Assembly (NCBI GenBank): GCA_964016885.1
Contig: OZ024740.1
Location: 346,394,001 to 346,458,000 of the forward strand
Origin: Eledone cirrhosa
Lineage: Eukaryota
Reading direction: 5' to 3'
Length of the DNA stretch: 64,000 nt
The notes beneath the pieces were generated by a model. It did no database searches. It saw only the letters and a list, made by a program, of their open reading frames with translations, and had not been told where the DNA came from. Every line of letters begins with the position of its first letter. The stretch's first letter is position 1. The position numbers were made by a program, and so were the translations under genes. Shown here piece after piece: positions 29,277-41,971 of the stretch.

Positions 29277-32200
29277 CTTTGAGTCTCAGTCATTGATGTT
29301 AGTTAAATGGAAAGTTTGTTGCAATGAATATCAAGCCACTACCTGCAGCCTCAGATATTCAGGACGTATCGGAGGGTTCTTGCTGTTCCCAGCAAGCAAG
29401 CCTTTTGAAGCGTTCAAAAAAGCGTGAAGGGGCCAATTTTCTTTAACCATTCCTGGAAACTTTTTGAGATAGTACCTAGTGCGCCTATGACAATCGGGAT
29501 CACTTTGACTTCATAGCAGTTCCAAATCCTTTTTACCTCCCAATTTAAGTCCTGGTATCTGTTAATTTTCTCCCTCTCCTTCTCATGCACTCTCGTGTCG
29601 AATGGGCAGGCCACATCCACAATCAGGCACGATCTTTTTTCTTTGTCCAAAACCACCAGGTCAGGTCTATTGTGTTCCAGTTTCTTGTCCGTCTCTATCC
29701 TAAAATCCAACAGCACCTTTACCTGATCGTTTTCTATCCCTGACTCTGGCTTATGCTCATACCACTTCTCAGAATGTGGTAAATTGTTTACTTTGCATAG
29801 GTGCCAGTAGATCACCCTGCCCATCACATCATGTCTCCAGCCCTTATAGTGAGTATGTGCTAGGTGTTTACACTCGGATACAATGTGAGCCATAGTCTCC
29901 TCTCTCGTCTCCACAGATCCTGCACAGTGGGCTAGCCTCCTCCTTGTAAATATGGTGTTTCAACCACTTCGTTTTGAGAGCCTGCTCTTGCGCAGCCATT
30001 AACATTCCTTCTGTAGCCTTTTTAAGGTCTCCTCTTTTCAACAATTTCCATGTCTGTGGATCTCTGAATTCAGTTTTCTCAAAGAAGGTACTATGAAGGG
30101 ATTTTTCCTGAGGCTGCTCTTTCTCCTTGTTGTTATTTCCTCCTTGGACATCCCATTGTCTATTGCCCTCTGCTACAGTAAATTTCTGAACATTGGCTCC
30201 TTACTATCAGTCACATATTTGGGTAGGTTGTTTTTCTCCATCTGAACACAGTCCTCTATGCTGATAAGACCTCTTCCACCTTCAGATCTCCTTAAGTATA
30301 GTATAATAATAGACACAGCTCGGGAATTTACTGCACTTATGGCATTCCTACTGTTCAGATGTGACTTTAATACGCTTCTTACTCTCCGAATGAATTCAGT
30401 TCTTATCAATTCCTTCATTTTTTTGTTCTTGATGTCATCAGCCTCCAGAACACCCAAATACTTGTATCCTTCTTCATTGTCAATTTCCTTTATCATCTCA
30501 CCTGTTGGTACCTGGATTCCGTTGCTTCTGCTCAATTTACCCCCCTTCATCACCAGGACTCCACACTTACTAATACCAAATTGCATACATATATCATTGC
30601 TTAAAATACGGTCGGTGTCAACAAGCACATCCAACTCCTTCTCATTCTTCCCGAAGAGCTTAACTTCGTCCATGAAGAGGAGGTGATTGATGGTAAGCTC
30701 TCCATTTCCCAACTTGTATCCTGCTCAAACTTTTAGCAGTATAATGGTCAGGGGCATCAGGGCAAGGACAAACAACAGAGGGGACAGACTATCTCCCTGG
30801 AAGATACCTCTCTTGATCTTCCCGCCTCCCAAGGAATCTCCAGCTGATGTTAACTCTGTTTCCCAGGACTTCATACTTTTGCCCAACAACTGTCTGATGT
30901 TATCTGCCACCTTGAAGATATCTAGGCTTTTGGTGATCCAAGAATGAGGCACCATGTCAAATGCCTTTTTGTAGTGTATCCATCCCATGGCAAGATCAGT
31001 GTGTCTCCTCTTGCAATTCCCTTTTACCATCTTATCAATAAGTAACTGGTCCTTAGTACCACGGGACTTCTTTCGGCATCCTTTCTGTCCGTCCGGTAAC
31101 AAGTTGTTTGTGTGGAGGTGATGGTAGATTTCCTCAGACATATTGCTTGACAACAGTTTCCACATTACGGACAGACATGTGATAGGTCTATAGTTGGTAA
31201 CATCATTACCCTTGATTCGGTCTTTCATTACCAGAACTGTGGTACCTTTTGTCAACCACTCTGGTACCTCACCTGATATCAAGCAGTCATTGAACATGGT
31301 TGTCAGTTTCGGGTGGAGGGATGTTATAGTTTTAATCCAATACCCCTGCACACCATCTGGGGCTGGTGATTTCCAGTTGGTTACTTTTTGGCCTGCCCCT
31401 TAACAGTTTCAACTGTGATACTCAAATCAGTTTGTTGGTGTGCCTGTTCACCAATCTCCTTCTGTACTGTCTCAATCCACACTGCATGGTCATTATTTTT
31501 AACATCCTTCTCCCATATTCCTCTCCAGAATGTTTTAGTGTGTTCCGCCTCAGGGATCAAGTCGTTGCCTCTTTCTTTCCCTTCAAGCTGTCCAAACAGC
31601 ATCTTCCGGTTGTTGTCAAACATGCGGTTCTGTCTATACTGACTGACTCTGTTCTCGTATCGCCTAATTTTTGCACTCTTTGCTACAATGCGTTGCTTCA
31701 GTTTCTCTATGATAATATTTAGCTTTTTCCTCCTAGTTTTGTACTTTATTTCCAGTCTATTTTTAGTGTTTATGTTTTTTAGTGTCCCATTCAGTAGGGA
31801 CTCAAGCTTTCCAATGTCATTTCTCATTTCCCTGATTTGACCATTCAATCGTTTCTTCCACCAAGGCTCTGATCTTTCTTGTTTGTTGTTTCCTCTCGCT
31901 TTTATACCAAGTAATTTCCTCACCGCATTTGCTTTTGCTTTGAGGATATTGTTGCACTGGTGAAAGCTCCTCGCCTCAAGGTATGGGATGACTTTGTTTA
32001 CCTTAGCTGTTGTTTCTTTTAACTTTTTCCTGTCTACAAATCTCAGGTTCATAGGTTTCCCACTATCATTGTTCAATTCATCTACCACTAAGTTTAGGAT
32101 ATCAACCAAATATTGTCCTAGCCCGTCAGCATTCATCTCCTCAATGGCCGTATCTTTCTTCCAGATATTATTTATTTCAGCATTCAGATCATTGTCTGCT

Positions 32201-34095
32201 CGGATGGTTCCTCCGTTCTTTCAACCTCTTCACCTTCATTTCCCACTGGCTAGTTTGCCTGGCATACTCCACTCTCCATCTCCAAGGTTATCTCTCTGCT
32301 CAGTTCCTCCAGTTCCAGCTCGCTTATCCACCCATTAGTTCTTATTACCCGAGCCTGCCCGGCCAATTTGTGTTCATCTAATTTAAATAGACCAATCTCG
32401 TTCCAGATGTTATGCATCCGTTTCCTATAGCCTTTCTCCTTGGGGTTACTCTTCAGGTAACATTGCATAACAGTTCTATTCAATTATTTCGTCCAGTTGG
32501 TTCTGGTCCCCTTCCTTCTTCTTCTTCCTCCAACACCAGTAGTATTTGGTTGACAGCCAGGTCCCAGCTGCTGAGCCAGGGAGCACCTGCTGGGTAAGAG
32601 TCTGTCACATGAATTCTAGTCTCCACTTCACCGTTATTCGAACTGTTTAGGTTCGACATTTAAAGACTCTTATCGAGGATTGGTGAATGTATGGTTACAT
32701 AACCACCGGTGATTTCATCACTCTCGATGATTTTTTTGTGTGGCACTATCACGCTGTAGACGAACATAAATAAACAAGCAGACAAACAGGCAAAAAAACA
32801 ACCAAAAAAGAATATGCATAAGTTTCATTGTAATGTAATGTTTGAATGTCTGACTTAGTTTTTCCCCTCCCTTCTCTGTCCGTCTGTTTGTTTTTCTTTT
32901 CATTTTTCTTTTCTTTACGTTTTTCGTTGTTGCTGTGCTGCTTTGATTTTGATTTTTGGTCTCTTGATTGTTTGACCGGGTCATCAAATCAGTATATTTA
33001 TATATTTTGATGCCTTCCTCTTTTAGTGGGGACACTACGATGCATGTCTTAGCAGGAGGTAGTGGTAGAGAATAGCGGCGGCAGTGATAATGAGGCAGTG
33101 GTGATGGTGCTGTGCTAGTAGTACTTAGCAGGAGGTAGTGGGAGAGAATAGTGGCGGTAGCGATAATGAGGCAGTGGTAGAGGTGATGTGATCGTAGTAC
33201 TGTAGTGATGGTGTTGAAGTTGAAGTAGAAATAGAAGTTTACGTAACTTGACTAGAGTTTTTAGCGTGGTAGTGGTGGTGAAATTATCTTCTCTGTCCAC
33301 TTAGCCATTTAGCTATTTAGCTATTTAGCCATTTTGCCATTTTCCTCCTTTTCGACTCTAACATTCCTGATCCAAAATTAAATATTAATATTGTCTAGTG
33401 ATACCGCCACCTTCCCCTTTCTTAAGTTAACAGAAGGTAATGAGGGAATAGTGGTGGTAGCAATGAAGGAGTGGTGGCGGCGGTGATGGGATAGTGGTAG
33501 CAATGATGGATGGAGTGGTGGCGGCGGTGACTATAGTGATGGCGTTGTCGTTACTGAGTTTTGTTGAATACACTGTAGTTTGTTTGATCGGTGTATCTAT
33601 GCGGTTTGTCGCGTATGTTTAATATGTGTTGACATATTTCTTAATATTGGAATTAAACATTTTGTGAAAACTTGAGACAACAATAATAGTAATTATTATT
33701 ATTATGCTGGGGTTGGTGGTGGTGGTGGTGAAATTGCCGTTCTCTTGCTGTTGTATTTAGTGTACACAGAGGGGTGATGGGATAGGTGGTGTATATAGTT
33801 TGTAGTGTTGGTGAAATTGCTGTTATTTGGCTGTTCTATATAGTGTAGACAGAGGTTGTTTTCTTCCATTTATAACCATTTTCTTTTTTGAATATAAAAT
33901 GTATAATACAAAATTAAATATTTGAGCGATATAACAGAATATTATGGATCCGAATTTTCTGAGAGTTGAGTCTGGTGCTTTATGTATCATTTGTACTAAG
34001 AATTGTTATTCCACAATTGATTTAAATATGTTAAAAATCAAAAACTTACGGGAGCGATTTCATGACCTTCTATCCACCACGTGCGTCTTCTTCCC
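29277..34095 (-). mobile_element. Dong/R4 family A copy A1, full length
   Basis: Single RT-RLE ORF and a long 5' leader starting GGGAAGAAGACGCACG; bounded by (TAA)n. Confidence 0.95.
29351..32659 (-). pseudogene. Dong A1 ORF (Myb-like N-terminus, RT, CCHC, RLE), disrupted
   Basis: GIFQGDSLSP, LFMDE, RHD, RPDLVVLD..IVDVACP; frameshifts and an internal deletion near 30300. Confidence 0.93.

Positions 34096-34179
<84 letters not shown>
34096..34179. repeat. (TTA)28 spacer between Dong A1 and Dong B
   Basis: Perfect repeat; longest spacer of pure TTA in the array. Confidence 0.97.
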
Positions 34180-34180
<1 letters not shown>

Positions 34181-37100
34181 AGCTGCATTTATCTTTTTTT
34201 ATGTTAATACGAGGTATCAACAAGTCACATCCAGTGACCTCAAGAGACAACAAGGTCCGCCATGTTCAAGAAAGAACATACGTACTCACACATGCATCTT
34301 TAGGTGTTTAGACTTGTGATGTACTTATATTGACAGAATCTTCCTTAGTATATGGGCAGTTCCCATTAGTACTATCTTTTGTATTTCTCCTATACGCGGG
34401 TTTCCTGGGATTTGCGATAAGTAATCATTAGACCCCTTAGGTATCATTCCTAGAGCGCCTACAACCACTGGTATTGTTTCAGTCTTCAATTTCCACATAT
34501 TTCCAATTTCTATCTCCAGGTCCTTATACTTGCTCAATTTTTCAAATGTTTTTATAGATACATTCTTGTCTATTGGAACGGACATATCAATTAGCAGGCA
34601 TTACCTCTTTTTAAAGTCCTTCAATATTATATCAGGTCTATTTGCATCTATTTTACGGTCTGTTTAGATGCTAAAGTTCCACAAGATTGAGATGTGATCT
34701 TTTTCAAGTATGGGAGGTGGTTTATGCTCCCACCAATTGTTTTGATGGGGCAGGTCAAAATGTTTACACATTATCCAATGTATGTATTGTGCAGCTCTGT
34801 CATGCCTGTTTAGGTATTCGGTTGGAGCTATAGGACTGCACATTGAAATTATATGGTCAATGGTCCCTGGTTGTTTTTTACATACACGGCATAATGGGCT
34901 GCATCCATTTTTTATTATGTTTGCTTGGTAATTTTTTGTTGGCAGACACTGATCTTGTGCTGATATAATCAGTCCTTTAGTCTCGGATTTCAGTCCAGAG
35001 GATGCCAACCACTGATGGGTTAAAGTTTTGTCAACATCAGGATTGTTAGCTCGTTCTGGGTATTTTCCATACAGAGGCTTTTCTTGCCATTTCTTAGCCA
35101 GTTTCTGTAGCAGTTCTTTCTTTGCAGTTACTTTTACCTGCTTTGCTTTTTCTGTGTTTTCCATTTCAGCAGTAAATGGGACTTCTGAAATGTGTAGTCC
35201 ATTACTGTATCTTTGTGCATCTTTTGTAATGGAGTATGATCTTTTGATGCTTTCGTATTTCAAAACGAGTTTGATCATCCAATCATGTGATTCCCTTACA
35301 TATGTAGATAATCCAATTGTTGCAGTTTTCAACGCAATGTCTAACTGGATTAACCCACGTCCTCCTTCTTTCCTAGGGAGATATATTCTATCTGTATCTG
35401 CCTTAGGATGATGCATTCTGTGCATGGTTAAGAATTTTCGAATTTTTGTATCGAGCCTACGGATCTCTGTGCTTGACCAGTTGATGGATGACATTGTAAC
35501 TGTAGGTTACTACTGGTATGGCAAACGTGTTTATGGCATCGATCCTATTCCTTACATTCAATTCCGTTGTTAAGATTGCACTTACTCTGCGGTAACATTC
35601 CTTCCTTATCCTTTCCCTCATTGTCAAGTGCTTGATTCCGTCTGCTTCACAAACACCTAGATATTTGTAAGTTTCCTCTTGATCAATTCTCTTATCACAT
35701 TCCCCCGATCAAGATTAATGTCTGAACTTTTCAGCAGCTTTCCTCTGGTGAACGTTGCTTTGGCGCAAACTCCATTTTAATGTCATCACTGAACTGCTCT
35801 ACAGTGGATAATGGCCCTTGCAATTGTTCATCATTTTTTGCAAATAGTTTCAGGTCATCCATGTAGAACAAGTGATTAATGGTTTTGTCGTAGACTTTAT
35901 ATCCATGTTTTGTTTCATTGAGCATTTTACTTAATGGTATAAGTGCGATGCAGAATAAAAGCGGTGATAAAGAGTCACCCTGAAAAATTCCACAATTAAT
36001 ATTAACATCTCCAGCTTCCAGGGATTTTGTTTCACTATTCCAAAGGAGTGTCGTTTTCCATGTCTTCATACTGAATGACAAAAACCTCCTGACAACGGGA
36101 GATATTTTGAAAATCTTTAAACATTTTTCAATCCAACTGTGTGGCAAACTATCGAATGCTTTTTTATAATCTATCCAAGCAATTGATAGATTTTTCTGTC
36201 TATTATGACAATCTTCCAGTATCATTTTGTTAATCAAAAGCTGATCCTTACAGCCATATGAGCCTCGTTTACACCCTTTCTGTTCAATGGGAAATAGGTC
36301 ATTTGTTATCAGGTGGTCATATGTATATTCAGTTAGGTCTGATGTTAAAATTTTATACATTGTGGTCAAGCAAGTTATCGGTCTGTAATTTTTGGGATTG
36401 TTTGTCTCATCATTCTTCGGAAGCAGGAATGTAATGCCGTTAACTAGCCATGATGGTATCTTTTCTGGCTCCTTAACTCTTTCATTGTAAAGTTGGGCTA
36501 ACAGCTCATTAGACTCTGGGAAGGCATTTATCCAAAAATTTTGTATTTTGTCTTTTCCTAGGGATTTCCATTTGCTGGTTTTTCTTAGGGCCAAACGCAA
36601 CTGTTCAACTGTTATATTTTCCCATATTTGTTCCTCAAGGTGACCTGTATCTTTCATTTGTCTGTCTGTCATTGGGGCATGTATATTATGAACTTTTTCT
36701 CCGGCCCAGATCCTTTCCCAGAATTCTTGCACTTCCTCCTTGGGTGGTATTGATTTAGCAGTTATTGTTGACTTACCAATTTTTCTGTAGAAGTTTCTTT
36801 GATTGTTTTTGAACATATTATTGTCCTTATACAATCTAGATCGTTTTTCAAAGCGCCTTATACGAACAGCTTTGGCCGACACTTTTTGCTTGATTATTTC
36901 TATCAGCATGTCTATGTCACTTATTGATTTTATACTGTACTTTCTTTTCAATTTTCTAATTTTAGTTTGTTTAACATGTTCACCTACTTTATAGTTTGTT
37001 AACATTTCTATGTCAGATCGAAGAAGGTTTATTTGGCGATTGATGTGCTCTTGCCAAGTAGATTTCTTGTGGGAATTCCTTTGTTTTTTCATCTTCACTC

Positions 37101-39050
37101 CACATAAGTGAGTGGTGATTTTAGCCGATGCATAATAGAGATGATTTAAATCAGTAATGTTTAGGTTGTTTGTGATGATAATGTTTTTGAGAATTATGTT
37201 AGTCTCGTGTATTATCTTTTGGTTCTGTTTGGAGTTCTGGATCTTAGGGAGGGTGTCTCGTTCCCCCATGTCAGATTCTTTCATTTTCATCCATTCGATC
37301 ATAATTTCATCCTTCAAGTTGGCAAGTTCATTCTCATTCATTAGATTATCATTTACGATCTCATTGTTTTCATTTTGAGTTTTATCTTGAGCATGCACTC
37401 CCTCCCCTTTTTCGATCCTTTCTTTAATTTGTTCTGTTGTCAGTGATTCCGCCCCAACCCTGGGATTCGAAGTGTTACAATTAACCTCATTTTCACTGAC
37501 ACATGTTTCATTTTCCCTTCGCTGACTTTGTGCTAATAGCTTGATCTGATCAATTTCTATATCAGTTAGTAACTTTTTTTTTACAATATTTCTTCGTATT
37601 TTGGCTAGTTTGTTACTCTCAATATAGCCTCTGTTTAAGCGATGTTTCTTTTTCCAGTTGATATATGTCTGTTCTGTATTCCATGTATTTGATGGGTAGT
37701 ACATGGCAGTGTAGAAAGCCTCAAGGACTTCTTTATTATCTTCGCTTGATAATTTTTCTCTCTTTTATTTTGGATTTTTTGGTGGTGAGCATGGAGGGCC
37801 AACAGTAGGAGTATTCCGGTTATGGGAGGTCTCCAGCTCCGAAGTGATGGGAAGGTTTGAACCATTAGCTGATTTTTCGACCCCAGTCTGGTTCCTCTCT
37901 GAGGGACGCGGCTCTTTTTGACTCGGGTGACGTCCGATCCGGTATGAGATTTTATCATTAGACATTTACTTTATTTTGTCTCGTTTTATCCTTGTCGGCC
38001 AAGGGGTAATCATTTCGTGTTACCACTTCTAGGACGAGTGTCAACCAAGACTAGAGGGGTCGTCCTCCCCTAGAGACACGGCTATTCCCCGCCGGCCGCT
38101 ATCCCGGTATTTCTTGGTCACGTGGTTTTCTTTTTTGTTGTTTTTTTAAATTGTTATTATCATGAGTGGTTCCTTAATGTGAGCATTGCGTGGCTTAAGA
38201 ATGAAATTATTAATAATATAATATACTTTTTGCAGAAGTTGCCTGTTATTGTTGTTGGCTATGTCGGTGGTGGTGCTGGGGCTTTTTCTATTGTTGGTGG
38301 GGAAGGGGGGAGGCAGCAGTGCCATTGTGGTTGACGTTTGGCCGGTGGCCGGGTCACTAAGTCAATCTATTTATATATTTTGCTAGCCTCTCTCTTGTCT
38401 AGTGATAGCGCCACCTTCCCCTTTCTTAAGTTAACAGAAGGTAATGGGGGAATAGTGGTGGGAATAGTGGTGGCGGCGGTGACTATAGTGATGGCGTTGT
38501 TGTTACTGAGTTTTGTTGAATAGACTGTAGTTTTGTTTGATCTGTGTATCTATGCGTTTGTCGCGTATGTTTAATATATGTGTTGACATTATTCCTATAA
38601 TATTGGAATTAAACATTTTGTGAAAACTTGAGACAATAATAATAGTAATTATTATTATAATGCTGGGATTGGTGGTGGTGGTGGTGAAATTGCCGTTATC
38701 TGGCTGTTGTAGTAAGTGTACATAGAGGGGAGATGGGATAGGTGGTGTATCTAGTTTGTGGTGTTGGTGAAATTGCTGTTATTTGGCTGTTCTATATAGT
38801 GTAGAGAGAGGGGGCTTTCTTCCATTTATAACCATTTTTTTTTTTTATATAAAATGTATAATACAAAATTAAATATTTGAGCGATATAACAGGATATTAT
38901 GGATCCGAATTTTCTGAGACTTGAGTCTGGTGCTTTACGTATCATTTGTACTAAGAATTTTTATTCCACAATTGATTTAAATATGTTAAAAATCAAAAAC
39001 TTACGGGAGCGATTTCATGACCTTCTATCCACCACGTGCGTCTTCTTCCC
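34180..39050 (-). mobile_element. Dong/R4 family B, full length
   Basis: ORF is divergent from family A but has the same 5' terminus; bounded by (TAA)n. Confidence 0.95.
34325..37965 (-). pseudogene. Dong B ORF (RT-RLE), disrupted
   Basis: 657-aa fragment with GIFQGDSLSP and FYMDD; CRVC..HIISMC, RHD, C-terminal GTAHILRKILSI. Confidence 0.93.
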
Positions 39051-39088
39051 GTATTATTATTATTATTATTATTATTATTGTTATTACA

Positions 39089-41711
39089 CCTTGAGTCTCA
39101 GTCATTGATGTTAGTTAACTGGAAAGTTTGTTGGAATGAATATCAAGCCACTACCTGCAGCCTCAGATATTCAGGACGTATCGGAGGGTTCTTGCTGTTC
39201 CCAGCAAGCATGCCTTTTGAAGCGTTCCAAAAAAAAGGGGCCGATTTTCTTAAACCATCCCTGGAAACTTTTGGAGATAGTCCCCAGTGCGCCTATGACA
39301 ATCGGGATCACTTTGACTTCATGGCAGTGCCAAATCCTTTTTACCTCCCACTTTAAGTCCTGGTATCGGTTAATTTTCTCCCTCTCCTTCTCTTGCACTC
39401 TCGTATCGAATGGGCAGGCCACATCCACAATCAGGCACGATCTTTTGTCTTTGTCCAAAACCACCAGGTCAGGTCTATTGTGTTCCAGTTTCTTGTCTGT
39501 CTGTATCCTAAAATCCCACAGCACCTTCACCTGATCGTTCTCTATCACCGCTTCTGGCTTATGCTCATACCATTTCTCAGAATGTGGTAAATTGTTTACT
39601 TTGCACAGGTGCCAGTGGATCACCCTGCCCATCACATCATGTCTCCAGCCCTTATAGTGGATCTGGGCTAGTTGTTTACACTCGGATACAATGTGAGCCA
39701 CAGTCTCCTCTCTCTCTCCACAGATCCTGCACAGTGGGCTAGACTCATCCTTGTAAATATGGTGTTTCAACCACTTCGTTTTGAGGGCCAGCTCCTGCAC
39801 AGTCATTAACATTCCTTCTGTAGCCTTTTTAAGGTCTCCTCTTTTCAACCAGTTCCATGTCTGTGGATCTCTAAATTCAGTTTTCTCAAAGAAGGTACTA
39901 TGAAGGGATTTTTCCTGAAGGCTGCTCTTTCTCCTTGATGTTATTTCCTCCTTGGACATCCCCTGGCCTATTGTCCTCTCATTCAGTACAGTTCTGAGCA
40001 TTGGCTCCTTACTATCAGTCACGTATTTGTGTAGGTTGTTTTTCTCCACCTGAACACAGTCCTCTATGCTGATAAGACCTCCTCCACCCTCAGATCTCCT
40101 TAAGTAGAGTCTATCGACATCACTCCTCTTGTGGAACATGTTGTAGATAGTCAATAGCTTCCTAGTCTTCCTATCCATTTCTTTTTGTACAGCAACATTC
40201 CATCTCAGAATTCCCGCACTGTACCTAATAATAGACACAGCTCGGGAATTTACTGCGCTTATGGCATTTCTGCTGTTCAGATGTGACTTCAATACGCTCC
40301 TAACTCTCCGAATGTATTCAGTTCTTAACAATTCCTTCATTTTTTTGTTCTTTATGCCATCAGCCTCCAGAACGCCCAAATACTTGTATCCTTTCTCAGA
40401 GTCAATTTCCTTTATCATCTCACCTGTTGGTATCTGGATTCCGTTACTTCTGCTCAACCTACCCGTCCTCATCACAATGACTCCACACTTACTAATACCA
40501 AATTGCATACATATTTCACTGCTGAAAATACGGACAGTGTCAACAAGCACATCCAACTCCTTCTCACTCTTCCCGAAGAGCTTAGGATCGTCCATGAAGA
40601 GGAGGTGATTGATGGTAAGCCCTCCCTTTCAAAACCTGTATCCTGCTATCACTTTTCGCAGTACACTGGTCAGGGGCATCAAGGCAAGGACAAACAACAG
40701 AGGGCACAGGCTATCTCCCTGGAAGATACCTCTCTTGATCTTCACGCTTCCCAAGGATTCTCCAGTTGATGTCAACTCTGTTTCCCAGGACCTCATACTT
40801 TTGCCCAACAACTGTCTGATGTTATCTGCCACCTTGAAGATCTCCAGACTTTTGGTGATCCAAGAATGAGGCACCATGTCAAATGCCTTTCTGTAGTCTA
40901 TCCATCCCATGGCAAGATCAGTGTGTCTCTTCTTGCAATTCCCCATTACCATCTTATCAATAAGTAACTGGTCATGTGTACCACGTGACTTCTTTCGGCA
41001 TCCTTTCTGTTCGTCCGGTAACAAGTTGTTTGTGTGGAGGTGATGGTAGATTTCCTCAGACACAATGCTCGTCAACAGTTTACACAGTACGGACAGACAT
41101 GTGATAGGTCTATAGTTGGTAACATCATTACCCTTGATTCGGTTTTTCATTATCAGAACTGTGGTACATTTTGTCAACCACTCTGGTACCACACCTGACA
41201 TCAAGCAGTCATTGAACATGGTTGTCAGTTTCGTGTGGAGGGATGTTATATTTTTATCCAATACCCCTGCACACCATCTGGGCCTGGTGATTTCCAGTTG
41301 GTTACTTTTTTGGCCTGCCCCTTAAGAGTTTCAACTGTGATACTCAAATCAGTTTGTTGGTGTGCCTGTTCACCAATCTCCTTTTGTACTGTCTCAATCC
41401 ACACTGCCTGGTCATTATGTCTAAAATCCTGCTCCCATATAGCTCTCCAGAATGTTTTAGTTTGTGCCGCCTCAGGGATCAAGTCGTTGCCTCTTTCTTT
41501 CCCTTCAAGCTGTCCAAACAGCATCTTCTGGTTGTTGTCGAACATGCGGTTCTGTTTATACTGACTGACTCTGTTCTCGTATCGCCTGAGCTTTGCACTC
41601 TTTGCTGCAATGCGTTGCTTCAATTCCTCTATGATAATATTTAGCTCTTTCCTCCTAGTTTTGTACTTTATTTCCAGTCTATTTTTAGTGTCTATGTTTT
41701 TTAGTGTCCCA

Positions 41712-41713
<2 letters not shown>
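39089..41713 (-). mobile_element. Dong/R4 family A copy A2, 5'-truncated
   Basis: RT-RLE fragments 41246-41623, 40629-41261 and 39171-40595; ends mid-ORF at an ATT that runs into (TTA)n. Confidence 0.95.
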
Positions 41714-41761
<48 letters not shown>

Positions 41762-41971
41762 GAATGGTTGACGGAGGCTCGGCTCTGTAAGGTATTGTAA
41801 ATTTTGACCGCTATAACAATTGTAAATTGTTTAAAACTTGAACCAAATTGTAGACAAAAACACCCTCCTCCTCTTGAGAGGGGTCTTTCTGCCCGTTATT
41901 TGGCCCTTCGGGGTTAAATAACTGCTTATTGGGGTTTTGTGCCCAATATTTATTTTAAACAAAAAAACAAA

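Noticed and set aside
32718-33900. An ORF1 in the long Dong leader
   Set aside because: Short low-complexity ORFs that are not conserved in frame between A1, A3 and B.
34040-34095. HDV-like ribozyme at the Dong 5' terminus (also tried the Tx1 5' ends)
   Set aside because: Could not build the P1/P1.1/P2/P3 double pseudoknot by eye.
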